Source: Hypanus sabinus (Eukaryota). Taken from it: a DNA stretch of 64,000 nt. Below the pieces are notes generated by a model. The model was not told the origin of the DNA. It saw only the letters and a list, made by a program, of their open reading frames with translations, and made no database searches. The stretch lies in NCBI RefSeq assembly GCF_030144855.1, contig NC_082716.1:22010001-22074000 (forward strand), written 5' to 3'. Positions 62,985 through 64,000 of the stretch are shown in pieces. Numbering within the stretch: position 1 is the first letter of the stretch; each line of letters begins with the position of its first letter. A program made the translations under genes and the position numbers.

Positions 62985-63545
62985 TCCACTGCAAGCAGGG
63001 CTTCCCGATGGCCAAACATTTTAATTCCCATTCCCATCCTGATGTGGCAATCCATGGCCTTCTCTTGTGCCAAGGTGAGGCCACCCTAGGTGTGGAGGAG
63101 AAACACCTTGTATTTCATCTGGGGTACCCTCCAACCTGATGGCATAAATATCAATTTCTGTTTCCTGTGAACAAATATCCCTCCTCTATTCCCCACTCCA
63201 ACCTTTTTCCCTATTCTCTCCTTCCTATTTCTTGCCCCTGGGTCCCTTCCCCTTTTCTAAGGTATACTCTGTTCCCCAATCATATTCCTTCTTCTCCAGT
63301 CCTCGACCTTTCCTACCCGCTTGGCTTCACCTATCACTTTCCAGCTGGCCTCCTTCCCCTCCCCCCACCTTTTTATTCTGGCATTTTCCCACCTCCTTCT
63401 CTGTCCTGAAGAAGGGCCTTGGCCCGAAACATCGACTGTTTACTCTTTTCCATAGGTGCTGCCTGACCTGCTGAGTTCCTCCAGCATTTTGTGTGTGTTA
63501 CAGTCTTCATACATTCCAGCATCTGCAGACTTCCTCGTGTTCGTG
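62985..63545 (+). mobile_element. Penelope-like element 3' fragment
   Basis: GIY-YIG C-terminus PMAKHFNSHSHPDVAIHGLLLCQGEATLGVEEKHLVFHLG, then pyrimidine-rich pLTR, hammerhead motif and the same 3' end as 59134. Confidence 0.85.
63403..63436 (+). ncRNA. Minimal hammerhead motif in a PLE 3' fragment
   Basis: GTC-CTGAAGA-A-GGGCCTTGGCCC-GAAA-CATC-GAC: core, stem I (GTC/GAC) and stem II intact. Confidence 0.75.
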
Positions 63546-64000
63546 AAATTCATTGTTTGTGTTGACAACCAACACAAACTAAGGATGTTCTGGGGACATC
63601 CTGCACGTCCTGTTACACACTCTGGTGCCGACAGTACATGCCCACTATATGATAATCTATTTGTCATAAAAACATTCAAGGATTTATTTTTCCATTTCTC
63701 TTCAAAGACCAAAGCTCCTCTGAGAGAAAAATCTTCACCTGATCTCTGGCTTAAGTGAGCATCCCATTAGTACATTTAAAAGACAACATTTACCTCTATT
63801 CAACTAAAAACCACCTAGTTGTAGGAGCTGGAACCTTTGTGCTTTGTCTGCAAGAATCTTACCTAATGGCTTCTCACTATTTCTACAGACACAACTTTGG
63901 AAAGGCTGTTTTGGTTCAACTACCAAATAATTTGGTTTAGAACAGAGGTTTCCCACCTGGGGTCCACAGACCCCTCTGTTAATGGTAGGAGCCCCATGGC

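Noticed and set aside
1-64000. Prokaryotic-style systems (operons, CRISPR arrays, defence islands)
   Set aside because: The window is a spliced vertebrate gene with LINE/SINE-rich introns; there is no regularly spaced repeat-spacer array, and nearly all listed ORFs are TE fragments, antisense frames or chance.

Overview
Vertebrate genomic DNA, most likely from a cartilaginous fish (ray/shark, inferred from V-SINE/HE1-type SINEs, CR1, Rex1/Babar and Penelope families); it is not prokaryotic. The window lies inside one large minus-strand gene, an ABCA4-like retinal ABC transporter. I resolved 21 consecutive GT-AG exons (equivalent to human ABCA4 exons 26-46; 2,579 nt, one open frame) encoding the end of regulatory domain 1, ECD2, TMD2 and most of NBD2. 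Both gene ends lie outside the window. The introns are dominated by transposable elements, many nested: two solo LTRs, a Harbinger-type element, Tc1/mariner elements, CR1 inside CR1, Rex1 LINEs, V-SINEs and an RTE-tailed SINE. The most interesting signal is a dispersed family of Penelope-like-element (PLE) repeats carrying a minimal type-I hammerhead ribozyme motif. It includes a TSD-flanked, GIY-YIG-encoding copy with ~420-450 bp inverted arms. Every clearly readable hammerhead oriented sense to the ABCA4 pre-mRNA has a mutated CUGANGA core, whereas antisense copies keep it. Most ORFs in the supplied track are TE fragments or noise. There is one 305-nt assembly gap. Human exon sizes and residue numbers are recalled, not looked up.
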